A DNA stretch of 64,000 bases from Squalus acanthias. Taxonomy: Eukaryota. How positions within the stretch are numbered: the stretch's first letter is position 1; each line of letters opens with the position of its first letter. The stretch is taken from positions 78,308,001 through 78,372,000 of the forward strand of contig CM059432.1 in the NCBI GenBank assembly GCA_030390025.1, read 5' to 3'. The position numbers and the translations under genes are program-made. The notes beneath the pieces are model-generated. The model did not search any database and had not been told where the DNA came from. It worked only from the letters and a program-made list of their open reading frames with translations. Shown here one piece after another: positions 1-12,325 of the stretch.

Positions 1-179
1 CACATTGTTATCACTGCACAACTAGACAACATTATCATCTGGGAGATGAGACCCTCACACATCTATCTCCCTGCCTGCAGCAGCTGGTCTGCTACTGGTC
101 TTGCTGAGGTGTATGTGGCAGTGTTTGGTGACAATATAAGGCTTCAGCTACGTACTTAATAGAACCTCACGTGGCAAAA

Positions 180-445
180 TGACTGATCCTAAAATGTCCC
201 TTTTGAGTGCCTGGAATGTTCCTGTGGCATAAAAGTTGACAGCATGGGTGACTTTCAATGTCATTGGCAGTGAGCTGCAGATGGTTGACTATCCCTGTAG
301 GTTACACCTCAGTCACAACCTCTCTGGTGAGCCTGAAGCACCTTATGCACTGTTCCTCCACCATGGAGGTAGGCCCACTACCAGGGGAAGTACCAGCTAT
401 GAGCTGTGTACCTTCTATGTCTTTTCCCCTCTTCATCCTCCTCCT
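180..445 (-). pseudogene. Highly degraded PIF/Harbinger transposase fragment (N-terminal/HTH region)
   Basis: Minus strand reads MVEEQCIRCFRLTREVVTEV and, after a frameshift, LPMTLKVTHAVNFYATGTFQA. These match [17 protein letters not shown] and [21 protein letters not shown] of the intact transposase at 7784-9013. Confidence 0.75.
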
Positions 446-510
446 GTTTTGCTCTAATATATTCACAAGTCATTCATAGTAGGCATTAGAACTCACTTTA
501 TTAACACAAT

Positions 511-1548
511 GGCCGGAATTTTAATTTGGGGCGAGAAAGCGGTCAGGAAACCCGGGAGAACGGATTTCCCACAGGCCCTGCCGAATTTAATGGCGGGGCC
601 TGATTAGCATTTCAAAGCTGTTTCCCACCCGCAGCCAGCCAGATGGAGAGGCTGGCTGGCTGTCGGGCAGGTAGGCCTGCAGTACCAGGCTACAGAGAGG
701 AGGGAGGGAGGGATCGGGGGGTGATCGGAGGCCTGAGACGGATTGGGGCTGGAGGGGGGAGGCCTTGAGGAGGAATGGAGCCGGAGGTGGGGAGGCCGGA
801 GGAGGATCGGGACCAGAGTGGGGAGGCTAGGAAAGCAATCGAGGGCCGGAGGGGGGAGGTCGGAAAGCCAGGAAGGTGATCAGAGGCCGAAGGGGGGAGG
901 TCAAAAGGCCGGGAAGGCAGTCGCGGGCCAGAAAGGGAGGTCAAAAGGCCGGGAAGGTGGTCGGGGGCCGGAGGGGGAGGTCGGAAGGCCAGGAAGGCGA
1001 TTGGAGGCCGGAGGGGTGAGGTTGGAAGGCTGGAGGGGGTTTGAGGGCTGGAGGGGTGGTCGGGGTCCAGAAGGGGATCAGAGGTCAGAGGCCTCATGGG
1101 GGAGATCGGAGACCTTGGACGGCGGGGGGGGGGGGGGGGAATCGGAGGACTCGGGGGGAGATCGGAGGCCTCGAGTGGCGGAGATTGGAAGGGTAGGAAG
1201 ATGTCAGATCACGGGGGGCTAGTGAGGCAGGAACGCTGGATCCCACAGGTAAGTGGAAAGGCACTTACCTCCTAGATCCAGCAGTCCTCGCCTCCCTTTA
1301 GCTGCCAGGTTCCCCGAGGCCTGGGAAACCCGGCTGCTCACAGTTAAATTTGAAATGGTGGTTCACCATGAGGCATGGAGCCTCATTCTAATATTTAAAT
1401 GGGCGACCCCCCTCCTGGGAGCGGGTTGGCGGTCCGTCCCCCCATCCTGCCTCCATTAAAACCGGAAGTGGGCGGGTTGGAAGTTTTTTAATTCTGTAAC
1501 CTCCCATCCGACACCAACTCACCTGTTTTTTGAGTTAAAATTCCCCCC
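511..1548. mobile_element. Non-autonomous Harbinger-type element (MITE) with internal G-rich tandem array
   Basis: TIRs GGCCGGAATTTTAA / TTAAAATTCCCCCC; 3-bp TSD AAT (508-510, 1549-1551); similar along its length to 19260-19920. Confidence 0.8.
843..1095 (+). repeat. G-rich minisatellite, ~40-bp unit (GGCCGGAGGGGGGAGGTCGGAAGGCCRGGAAGGTGRTCGGA-like)
   Basis: About five to six diverged tandem units are visible. The array produces the spurious Gly/Arg- and Pro-rich ORFs in the track. Confidence 0.75.
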
Positions 1549-1692
1549 AATGTATTGATTTACATCATGATTTTTGACTTTGCCTCTTCTGCACTTTTAC
1601 TTTGTGTAGAGGCAACAACATGTTCAGGGAGTGGATACAGATCCGTAAGTCAAAGTGTGAAGCTATTTCTTCTCTATATTGCTAGCAGTTTC

Positions 1693-2290
1693 AACAACAA
1701 CAACAACTTGTATTTATATAGTGCCTTTAACACACTAAAACGTCCCAAGGTGCTTCACAGGAAAATATAAAACAAAATTTGACACCGAGCCACACAAGGA
1801 GTTATTAGGGCAGATGGCCAAAAGCTTGGTCAAAGAGGTAGGTTTGAAGAAGCGTCTTAAAGGAGGAAAGAGAGTTAGAGAGGCGGAGAGCTTATGGGGA
1901 GATTAATTCCAGAGCTTAGGGCCTAGGCAGCTGAAGGCACGGCCACTAATGGTTGAGTGATTAAAATCAGGGATGCTCAAGAGGCTGGGTTTTGAGGAGT
2001 GCAGATATTTTGGAATGTTGTGGTGCTGGAGGACATTACAGGGAGGCGTATAGGGAGGGGTGAAGCCATGGAGGGATTTGAAAACAAGGCTGAGAATTTT
2101 AAAATCGAGGCGTTGCTTAACCAGGAGCCAATGTAGGTCAGCGAGCACAGGGGTGATGGGTGAATGGGACTTGGTGCGAGTTAGGACACGGGCAGCAGAG
2201 TTTTGGATGACCTCAAGTTTACGGAGGGTAGAACATGGGAGGCCAGCCAGGAGTGCGTTGGAATAATCAAGGCCAGAGGTAACAAAGGCA
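1693..2290 (-). mobile_element. L2-clade LINE, 3' fragment
   Basis: ORF 1903-2148 LADLHWLLVKQRLDFKILSLVFKSLHG...GRAFSCLGPKLWN is the typical L2 ORF2 C-terminus; (AAC)n tail at 1693-1707; a second copy lies at 63597-63885. Confidence 0.85.
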
Positions 2291-4068
2291 CTCCTCTTTC
2301 AGTACTGTTTCAGTCTTTACTGCCTCAGTTGACCTTAAATAAGCTATTTTAATGAATATTTTATATAGCTATTGTACCTTTAGTGTAATGTGCAAAATAA
2401 AATAAAACTTTTTATTCATAAATTTAAAAACAATGCTGAAAATTGGAGGAGCAGACATTAAACATTTGCCAGTACAAACATCTCAAAACTATACTAACTG
2501 GAAGAGTTGAACTTGGAAATTTCTGTCACCTACAGCCTGCCATCCATTTAGCCTGCATCATTTGACATAGGTACAGATGTATTATACTCATTGCTAACAT
2601 TATGTTGCAATCTAGGTAAAAGTGTACGCTCCAACATCTTTCAGCCCATTGAGAATGATTTCTTACATTACAACTGGAGCTCTAGGATGAGATCTATGAT
2701 GGTACTGGGTTAAAAAATCCGTTTCATAGACTTGAATATGATCCGATAGAATATAACTCAAAGGGTTTTCAGAATACGTTGGTGTAGATAGTGACTTGCT
2801 TGAAGTTCTTGTAATGAGCTGCTTGAAGAGCAGTAAAAACAAAAGCGTCTTCCCCTTCCCACTCCCACTCCCACTAACCGAGCCCAGCCCAGCCCGAGCA
2901 GATTCCCTGCTGTAATGGTATGAGAGCCATAAACGGGGACAGTTTATTTAAGACCAACTTACCTCAGAAACGTGTGCCACAGGCTGGCATGAGCTCAGCT
3001 TATGATACTGACGTTTTAAATGTGTGACAAATTTACTAAAAATAATTGGTTTGCTACCAGTTTTATTTAGGATCTATTTTTATATGTTGCTGTTAGCATC
3101 TCTCATCAGCGTAATGTGTATGACATGTTAATGCGAGCCAGACAAGGTGTTAATTTGGGCATCTGTCATACTGCTTATGCTCTTCTACATTTCCTTTTTT
3201 CAGCCAGTTCACATTATTTCAGATTCACCATTCTCTCCGATAAAGAATTGGTTAGAGGCAGTTTATTAATTTTTCAGGAAAAGTGATGGCTTCTTAGATA
3301 ATCACAGCCAGGTTTGAGATCAAAAGCTGCCTTGATATTCAGATTTCCCTGCTGCACTTGTGATATAAATGTACTAATTGAAGTTGGATGCTCTTACCTC
3401 AGTGTCTGTGGCATATTTTTGAGTGCAAATGGCGTACTCTTGTGCTGGTTATAATGTACTTTCAGCCTCAGTAAATATAACAGTCTCTCAAGCTTCTGCA
3501 GGCAACATAAGGCTGACTCAGCGTTGGTGGGCTCCTAAGGGCAACCATTGGCTCCAGGAATGTGCCTTACTGAAACGGGTGAACAGTCTCGAGTGCGGAA
3601 GTGCGAGCTGCTGAATGAAATGAGTCAAAACATTTCTACATTTTTGGAGGGCTCGCAACGAGTGTGCTGATCACCCATTTAAAAGAGGGATTCGCTGCTC
3701 TGGCCTTTGGGGATTTGCATCTCAGATATGTGTTGGTACTGGTTGACTAGTATTGGTTCTAAAGGTATTTTTTCTTTGCTTCTCGGATACAATTTTCTGT
3801 CTGATTCACATTACTTCCTGCTGCTGTTTAGCACCGTGTTTTTGATTGCTAATCCACTTTCCCTCAATTCTATTCCCACAACAATGTTACTGACAGCTGC
3901 AATTTCATGCAGCAAGAAAATTGCTCAGCGTGAGAATCATTTGGACAGTCCTATGGCACTCCTGGATTTGGAGGAGGAATATGAGTTTCTGTAGAGGGGA
4001 GAAGTACAGGTGTGACTGCACCTGAGGCATTTAGCACGCGCTCATCCTTGACCCAGGACTCACGTGTT

Positions 4069-4677
4069 ACATAAGAACATAAGAATTAGGAGCAGGAGTA
4101 GGCCATATGGCCCCTCGCGCCTGCTCCGCCATTCAATAAGATCATGGCTGATCTTCGCTCTCAACTCCAATTTCCCGCCCGATCCCTATATCCCTTGATT
4201 CCCCTAGAGTTCAAAAATCTTTCGATCTGAGCCTTGAATATACTCAACGACTGAGCATCCACAGCCCTTTGGGGTAGAGAATTCCCAAGATTCACAACCC
4301 TCTGAGTGAAGAAATTCCTCTTCATTTCAGCCTTAAATGGCCAACCCCTTATCCTGAGACTATGCCCCCTAGTTCGAGACTCTCCAACCAGGGGAAACAA
4401 CCTCTTAGCATCTGCCCTGTCAAGCCCTCTCAGAATCTTATATATTTCAATGAGATCCTCCCTCATTCTTCTAAACTCTAGAGAGTATAGGCCCAATCTA
4501 CTCAATCTCTCCTCATAGGACAACCCTCTCATCCCAGGAATCAATCTAGTGAACCTTCGTTGCACCTCCTCTAAGGCAAGTATATCCTTCTTTAGATAAG
4601 GAGACCAAAACTGTGCACAGTACACCAGGTGTGGTCTCACCAAAGCCCTGTACAATTGTAGCAAGACTTCCTTACAC
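4069..4677 (-). mobile_element. CR1/HER1-type LINE, 5'-truncated 3' end
   Basis: ORF 4161-4664 LYRALVRPHL.YC.QFWSP...LGLYSLEFRRMR...TRGHS; tail repeat ACATAAGA at 4069-4085. Confidence 0.92.
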
Positions 4678-4679
4678 TT

Positions 4680-4990
4680 TCATCACTTTTCCCAGCAGGA
4701 GAAGGCAGAGCACTTTTTCCAGGTGGCAGGTTTCCCCAAAACACCGGATGTCATCAATAGCACAAATATGGCCATCCTGTCCACCAACAACCCATGACCT
4801 ACATGAATAGGAAAGGCTTCTATTCCGTAATGTACAAGTGGTCTCAGGTCACAAGAACTGAATTATTCAAATTAATGTATCATAACCTGTTATCAGCCAC
4901 AATGCCTTATTTTGTGCCATACCCACCTTAGCTCCATGATGCGAAGGAGGTTTGCTTCTAGGGGAACAAGGATATCACCAGAGATCTGGC
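4680..4990 (+). pseudogene. Degraded PIF/Harbinger transposase fragment (catalytic region)
   Basis: Across frameshifts the + strand reads AGFPKTPDVINSTNMAI, YMNRKGFYS, NVQVV and LLLGEQGY. These match the motifs [29 protein letters not shown] and LLGDKGY. A CR1 abuts the fragment on the left. Confidence 0.65.
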
Positions 4991-5739
4991 CAGTGACCTC
5001 TACATAGCAACCTAGAAAACTAACAAAAGCTGATCAACAGCTTCAAAAAAGATTACATAGTCCCAAAAGGCTGACAATTCAAGAATAGTCTTGACAAGTG
5101 AAAACAAGTTTTGGAGGTGTACACTCATATTGGAGAATAAAACAGAAGTGGAAAACCTGAAGGGAAAATTCAAATGTTGAAGGCACAAATTTGGTGGTAC
5201 CTTTGGGGCTTGCTTTCCCTCCAAAAAATGATATTTACATTTAAAATGATGTATTCTGGTTCATTTTAAGCACTTTCAAATTTTACAATTAATGCATTTT
5301 TAATCTATACAAAAGAAAAACAATAAGTCACACTTGGATTTTCAACTCACCAACCAAAATATCAATTCCCCAAATGTTACCTCAGCAGTTGCCATCTCAT
5401 ACCCGACTCTCCATTGCTTCAGTTCACAAAGGCATTCTACCCTCTGTGGACTCAGTTAATAGAAGTAATCTACAACTTTCACAGAAATCTGGGGGCTGAA
5501 ATAGGCCCAGAGGCTGAAAAGCAAATGGTTTCTGGGTGGGTCAGGATAGAATTTGGAGCATGACCCAGTTATGCTGAGTCCACACCCCTTGTCCTGGTCA
5601 GAAAATTCCCTCCAATTTCAACGAAACAATGCTGACATGAGGGATGCGTGTGTGCCACTGGTGTTTAGCATTGCTAAGAGAATGGGAGGAGGAAGGGTTG
5701 GAATTTAAACTTTTAAATAGGCTTTTGGCCCAAAAGCAA

Positions 5740-6170
5740 AGGGTTGTCTTCCCCATCGACATGATGCCCCTTGGTAACATCATCCGCAGACAAGCAGTCA
5801 TCTTCCATATGTAGGCTGACAACACCTCTCCACTCCTTCTCTTGATTTCACCACTACCTCAGACTGTCCAAAAGCAAATAATAGATGAGTCACAACTTCT
5901 TCCAACTAACATCTAGAAGATTGAAGTCATAGTTTTTAGCCATTGCCATCAAATCTGCTTCCATGCTATTGACTTCATCACCATCCCCCATCATTCACTT
6001 AGGCTTAACAAGACTTTGACCCTGTTTGGCTCAGACTCGACGACTCCAGTGCCCTCTGTGCAGGCCTCCCATTCTCCGAGCTGCATAAGCTGCAACTTAT
6101 CCAAAACTGAGCCACTTGGAGCCTGACCCACACAGTCTCCCTTTTTACTCTATATTGCATTCCAGAGCTT
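5740..6170 (+). mobile_element. Old L2-like LINE fragment
   Basis: Degenerate RT/post-RT sequence (cttccatatgtaggctgac..., aagctgcaacttatccaaaac); no open frame. Confidence 0.45.
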
Positions 6171-7783
6171 TAACATGTAAGGGTAGAATTTATGAATTTG
6201 TTTTCCTGGTGTGAAGCTTCACACACCGGGATTACATATTGGAAACTTGAGCTTGGCGATCAGCACGCCCTATACAATGTCCTGCTCATTAATTTGAATG
6301 CATGGAAAATCTTGTGGGACTCATTGACCCGCTTTTCCCAAATTCCAGTTCTGGGCTCCCAGTGCACAATGCTGCATACCAGGAACACAATCTTGTCATA
6401 TCTACCATATATTCTTTGATCTCAGTAGATATACTATATTCTCTTTTCTCTATTAATGAATATCTGTTCCATCTTAATAATGGGCCAAAAATCATTTGCT
6501 ACCTCAAGAAGTCTCTGATTTGATCTAAGTTCTATTTCCGCTTTGTTTGCCTGGTAATCAGTTGTTTATTCTGTGTAGATTTATATAAATGTTATAAAAT
6601 AAGGGGTGTGTGGGAGTAACTACAATGAAAGTAAACTCATCTTGTGGTTCAGACAGCACGAATCTGCTCAAGCTTCATTCTCACAGCTTACGACATCATT
6701 TGATCTCCTCAATGACATTTGTTTCCTGCAGTCATTCTCACCACGTGTCATTCTCTAGATTATATTCAATTTCCAAAATTTTTCACAGTGCGCTGCCAAT
6801 GCCTTTTTTTGTACTCTTGACAAAAATGCCAAATATAGATGGATCTTATCAGAAGCCTTAAGAAATCTGTTCAAAAGAAAAAGACTGCAAATGCTAGAAA
6901 TCTGCAATAAAAACAGAAAATGTTGGAAGTACACTCAAGGTCTGTCAGCATCTATAAAGAAAAAGGATAGGTTAATGTTTTGGGTAAAGGCCCTTTAGCA
7001 GAACTGGTAAGTGGGAGATAAACACCTTTGTAAAACTGAACAAAATGGAGGAAGAGAGAACTTTTACCTGTTGTTCTTCCCAACCCCCTCTCAACTTGTT
7101 CAGTCCTATAAAGGCGCTTATTTCCCAGTTTCCAGTTTTGGCAAAGGGTTATATTCAAAAGTTTACTTTAAGTTTTGAACTTTTAAACACTAGGTTATAA
7201 GATTTTTGAATGACTGCTGTTAATTTGAGCATCCACTGAAAAGGTATTTTGTCATATGGGGGGCGATTTTCCCAGCCCCGAGGAGGCGGGTTTGGAGGCG
7301 GGACAGTTGGCAAAATTGCAAAAAGTGAGGGCGGGTTCGGAACCCGCCTCCAACCCGCCTCCGCGCAATTTTGCTGGAGGCGGGTTTCATGGGTGCGATT
7401 TGGTCCCGCCTCCATCAGTCGGGAGAGGTAGTTAAGACCCTTAAAAAGTCGTTAAGGGCCTCTATAATCCTATTTTGACAGGCCTTTGTTATTTTGCCAC
7501 ATTTTGTGCGTGTTGTACAACCCTCCTAAACCACGCCAGCTAATCCTGGTGGGTTGACAAGTGGGTGGCCTCCTCACAGCTGCAGCTCCACCATTAAAAC
7601 GGAGCTTTCATCAGGGAGCAGTTGCAGGTGGCAGAACTTTTGTTCCACAGGTCTTTCAGCACTTTTAGCAGGCTACCGAAGTTGGAGGTGCTGCAGCTTC
7701 TATCTCTCAACTGTGGGACCTCCTTGAAGATACTCTCCTCGCTTGGACTGAGCGCTTCCCCAATGGAGGTATCTGCCAGCAGC

Positions 7784-9013
7784 ATGGGAACCATTTATTT
7801 CCTTTCACCATGGACCTCAGATTCGGATGAGGAGCAGCCACGGCAGCAGCAGAACCAGACAGCTCAGCAGCAACAACAGCAGGAGCGCCAAACTCCTGCT
7901 CACCCACCTGATGCTGCACAGGGCAGAAGGCGCCAGCGCATGGAAGCACGTTGCCACAGGAGATACCCCCCTCTCAGGGTTTACAGACAGAGGATGAGCT
8001 ACCTCAACATGACTGAGCAGCAGTGCCAAAGGAGGCTGAGACTTTCGCGAGAGGTAGTCGGTGACATCTGCGCAATGCTGCACCAACACCTGGAGCCCAG
8101 AGGAGTGGGTGGACACCCCTTACCAGTGGCTGTCAAAGTCACCACCGCACTCAACTTTTTTGCCTCAGGCTCCTTCCAGGGATCATCAGCAGACATCAGT
8201 GGCATCTCCCAGTCGGCCGCCCACAGTTGCATCACACAGGTTACCGATGCCCTTTTTGCAAAGGCGCACAATTACATCCACTTCTCAAGGGATCAAGCAA
8301 GTGTAACCGCGCGTTCAGTTGGCTTTGCAAATATGGCAGGCATGCCAATGGTGCAGGGCGTCATAGACTGCACACATGTGGCCCTTAGGGCACCCCATCA
8401 CAACCCAGCTATCTTTGCCAATCGCAAGGGCTTCCACTCCCTCAACATACAGCTGGTGTGTAACCACAAGAAGGTGATTTTGCATGTTTGCGCCAAGTTC
8501 TGTGGTAGTTGCCATGACTTGTTCATCCTGCAGAACTCTAGTGTTCCTCCGCTCTTCAATCCGCCAAAACAACTTAACAGATGGCTCCTTGGTGACAAGG
8601 GCTACCCCCTGAAGAAGTGGCTAATGACGCCGATCAGGAAGCCAGCTAACGAGTCTGAGGAGCGCTACAACGTCAGCTACATTTCGACCAAGTCCATCAT
8701 CGAGCAAACCATTGGCTTGCTGAAGATGCGATTCCGATGCCTTGACAGATCAGGTGGAGCCCTGCAGTATTCAGCAGCCAGGGTCTCCAGAATGGTCGTG
8801 GTCTGCTGTGCACTGCACAACATGGCAAAATGTCGTGGCTTGCAGCTTCCTGATGAGCAAGTGGCTCAGTTCATAGCCTCCTCAGATGAGGAGGAGGAGG
8901 AGGAGGAGGAGGAGGACCGAGCGGCGGCATATCGACCAACAGCAGCGGCAGCACACGAGCACATGACTGCCCGTGATGCAAGGGATGCACTCATCCTGGC
9001 CAGATTTGAATAG
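7784..9013 (+). CDS. Harbinger (HARBI1-like) DDE transposase, uninterrupted ORF of ~409 aa
   Basis: Motifs GVIDCTHV (D), [26 protein letters not shown] (D), [15 protein letters not shown] (E) and VCCALHN, plus an acidic tail. The start ATG at 7784 (or 7763) is inferred. Confidence 0.9.
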   Translation: MGTIYFLSPWTSDSDEEQPRQQQNQTAQQQQQQERQTPAHPPDAAQGRRRQRMEARCHRRYPPLRVYRQRMSYLNMTEQQCQRRLRLSREVVGDICAMLHQHLEPRGVGGHPLPVAVKVTTALNFFASGSFQGSSADISGISQSAAHSCITQVTDALFAKAHNYIHFSRDQASVTARSVGFANMAGMPMVQGVIDCTHVALRAPHHNPAIFANRKGFHSLNIQLVCNHKKVILHVCAKFCGSCHDLFILQNSSVPPLFNPPKQLNRWLLGDKGYPLKKWLMTPIRKPANESEERYNVSYISTKSIIEQTIGLLKMRFRCLDRSGGALQYSAARVSRMVVVCCALHNMAKCRGLQLPDEQVAQFIASSDEEEEEEEEEDRAAAYRPTAAAAHEHMTARDARDALILARFE

Positions 9014-9270
9014 TTTGCCCACTGTGGCACATGTGCTTGGCTCCTTCTTAACACATGATAGACAATGGACATGACTCTCTGGCCTCCTTTCACTCTGACC
9101 ACCAACCTGACCACACAAGTGTCGCGGAGGCCGCAATGTGGAGCTGCCTAAGGTGAAATAACAGATGCCATCACGCCAACAGTTTGCCATCACCTCATTT
9201 TAATACATTCAAACATGGATGGCATTTCATCAATAAACAGAAACAATCACCCAAGTGCCTACCCCTGTGT

Positions 9271-11219
9271 TTAATGGTGCTTTAATTTTCTCTTACGCGT
9301 GATCCTATGTGGTGCTCCCCCTGTGGCTTCAGCAGAAGTGGAGGCCCCTTGCTCACTTTCATGCTGCTCCTGCTTCGACACCTTTGGCGGGCATCCTCCA
9401 GGTTTCTGAGCCTGTGAGGGCTCGGCAAACGTCTGCTTATCCTGCAGCAGTGCAGGGGCTGAGACACACATCTCAGTTGGGTGCGGACGCTGGTGGGGCT
9501 CTGACTGAGGGCTATGCAGTGGCATGGAAGTGTGAGCGCTTGGAGAGGAGGCCCCACTTCCTTGTTCTCTGCCACCAACTTCCCTCTCATGGGTCAGGTC
9601 CACCTCAGCACTTGCAAGTGGCTTGAGAGCACCTTGCTGCACATCAGGGGGGCCATGGGGACCCGTATCTGTACTGGCAGTCCTACTCAAAAGGACTTCC
9701 ATGAAGCTCTGGTTTCTCTGCTCAATAGCTGCCCATCGCTCCTCCAGAGATGTCAGTCTATTCTGAACAATTACCATGTTTTCCTGACTCTGGCGACTTA
9801 TTTCCTCCATGGCCGTAGCCAACCTTTCCACGGAGGTTGCCATCCTTTCCGTGGTGCTGCGTAGATGCGCCATTGCCTCCATAAAGGCACTGCTCATGCT
9901 AGAGTTGGACTCCTCCATCCTCTCCACACTTGCAGTGACCCTGGAGACAAGACCTGTCAGAGACTCCTGCATTTGCTCCTGGAGTTCCAGCACCGCTCTC
10001 CTTCAGGATGGACCCAGAGGCACAGGGTCCACATGCAGCGGAGCAATGCTAGGAGCGTCCTGCGACCTCCGACGAGGACTCTCCACTGCTGTCCCTGTCT
10101 CCACCACCTGCTGATGCTCACCTGTGAGATGTGTTACACACGGTGACAACACTACTCTATGTCCCGAAGGTCCCACAGAGGTGTGCGTATCTGCGCTGGT
10201 GCTAGGTGCGCTTACATCTGCTGACGCTGCGTCCTCAGAGGTTGCAGGTTCCCCTGAGGAGTCTTGCTGCTCAGCCTCTTCCTCATCGACAGTGGAGGGG
10301 GGGGCTCTGTGGATGGTCCTGTGGGGGAGTAAAGGTATGGGTTAGACATTTGACAGGAGTGTGGCATGCACATGCAATAGTGCAGATGCTCAAGTGGCAT
10401 TCTAATAATGTACACCAGCAGCCATTTCAGTCACTCAAGCAGTGTAAATGAGAGAGACGCAAAACTATTCTGTCACCAGCTTGGTCTGCATCGCCCGTCT
10501 GTCCGTCCCCAACTTCCACCTCCACCTCTGCGCTGGCGATGTCCAGGGCCGCCTCTTCAGCCTGGGTGAGAATGGCGAGGGAAGGTGGCCCTCCTCCTGT
10601 CATCGCCCTTTCCCTTCTATTGTGGGCTCTCTTTTCCTGCAGTGAGGGAGACAAGTGGAGTTGGAGTGAGAATGATGGAGTGAGTGTAGGGAGTCCAGAG
10701 CATAGATGCTTAGAAGGAGACAAAGATGGAGTGAGGTTCCATGTCGCAGGGCCCTCCCTGTGCGTTGTTAGTCGTTGTCATTGCATAACATTGAAAGGGA
10801 GTGTGAGGGCAGCATAGTCGAATAGTGAAGTGATTGGGTTCATAGAGTGAGAGGGATGGTGAAGGGTGCAAGGGTTGTAAGGATAAAGTGGGATGTGTAG
10901 GAGGAGGTTGAAAATGCAAAGTGCTGGTGATGAGAGGAGAAGGGGAGCAGAAGGAGGGTCAAGCTGAAGGTATACTCACTTTGCCTGATCTTACAAGGTC
11001 ATTGAACCTTTTATGGCACTGCATCCATGTTCTGCTGCACCCTGATCTGGAGGTTATATCCCTTGCCAGCTGGACCCACACAGCCTTGGTTTCTTTGGGA
11101 GGCCTCTTCCTCCCAGATGATGGGAAGAGCACCTCTCTGCTAGCTCTCGCCCCCTCAACCAGCATACCCAGCACCTCATCCAAGAACCTCGGGGAGGCCC
11201 TTGCCTTGGAGCTGGCCAT
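9271..11219 (-). pseudogene. Myb/SANT-like partner gene of Harbinger A; 3 exons (11219-10980, 10636-10477, 10318-9271), disrupted
   Basis: Exon 1 encodes RASPRF...W..LA..I...RTWMQCHKRFNDL (Myb/SANT-like trihelix). GT/AG borders are phase-compatible. Exon 3 has a frameshift in the G8 run near 10300 and a TGA at 10005-10003, followed by a coiled-coil-like region and an RKRK basic tail. Confidence 0.8.
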
Positions 11220-11638
11220 TCTTCAAGGAGATAAAAGTTTGGAGGTGGTGCAGCATCGACCAAAAACCAGTGGAATGAGCCAAAGCAGCAAGCAGCCCTT
11301 AAATGAAGCTGGATAAGTGACGTCAGCAGAGGCGAGTTTCAGTCCCAAAAGACTAATTGGCCCAGGGGAATCCACACCTCTGAAAGTAACTGGCCAATTA
11401 GGGGAAAATTGAAAATTTTTCCCACCTGACAGTGGAGGCGACTTTGGAACCCACCCAAACCGAAACCCGCCTCCAATGGGAAAATTGTGCCCATGGTTTC
11501 ATCTTGTGACAGCTACAGCTGGCCTCAGTTTTCATTAGTACAAAATGTTGTCCTGTAACTGTATCATTTTCCACAGTTTTTTATATTTATCAGCTGTGCT
11601 CAATCGAAAGAAATATTCTTTTGCAGTGCAAATGTTAA

Positions 11639-12260
11639 GGAGGGGATTTTAACTCCCTCCACCGGTGCAAACTGGGCAGTATGGAAGTTACAATCAAAGC
11701 GGTAGACTTATCATTGGTTTTCTGCACCGCTGTCGTCTTCCCACCTCTGGGTTAATAGGTAGATAAGGTGCCCACCAGACCTAGGCAGGAGCCTTATTAA
11801 TACATTTAAATTGAGGTCCTATTCCATAGATAGGGCCCCAAAGTCATTATTCTGGCCTACTGGGCTGAGTGTCGGCTGTGCATGGAACGGAGCACCCAGT
11901 ACAACCTGTAGACCAAGAAAAAAAGTGAAAACATTATTTTGCGGGGTCAGGAGGAATAGGAGTGCTTCTCTGGACCATAGAAAAATAATCTGGGCCCCTC
12001 CCCTAAGCAATCATTAACCTCCCCCCCGCAAGGACTTACCTTGCTGCCAGCTGGATGGCTACTCTATATTGCTTTGGCCCAAATCCAGCAAACAGCATCG
12101 GTTCACCAGTTTGGGGCGGTCAGCTCGCTGGTTCTATTTAAATGAGGCCTGGCCTTAATGAGGCCTGGTCTTCTAAATGGCCCAGACCACTTGCTGCATT
12201 TCCTGAGTGATCGTCCCACACGTTCCGCTGGCTGTCTGCCCAAATGATAAAATATCCCCT
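11639..12260. mobile_element. Older Harbinger-type MITE
   Basis: Degenerate termini AGGGGATTTTAA / ATAAAATATCCCCT resemble the other MITE ends; no TSD resolved. Confidence 0.45.
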
Positions 12261-12325
12261 TAATTTAGAGAAATTCTGTTTCATAGTTACAGTACTATGA
12301 CAGGGAGGCCTACTTGAAGCATAAT

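Larger units (their letters stand above)
7259..11492. mobile_element. PIF/Harbinger DNA transposon A (two-gene, ~4.2 kb)
   Basis: TIRs GGGGGCGATTTTCCC / GGGAAAATTGTGCCC (12/15 match); candidate 3-bp TSD ATG; subterminal GGAGGCGGG repeats; convergent transposase and Myb/SANT genes. Confidence 0.92.

Noticed and set aside
690..1222. Pro-rich and Gly/Arg-rich ORFs (135 and 159 aa)
   Set aside because: They are translations of the G-rich minisatellite inside a MITE.
7622..9013. Host HARBI1 gene
   Set aside because: The ORF is flanked by TIRs and a TSD, paired with a Myb gene, and has related decayed copies nearby. It is a transposon ORF, not the domesticated gene.
9271..9993. Independent third transposon gene (also 35215-35814 and 44768-45448)
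   Set aside because: Splice sites and shared linker motifs indicate these are the distal part of exon 3 of the Myb partner gene.
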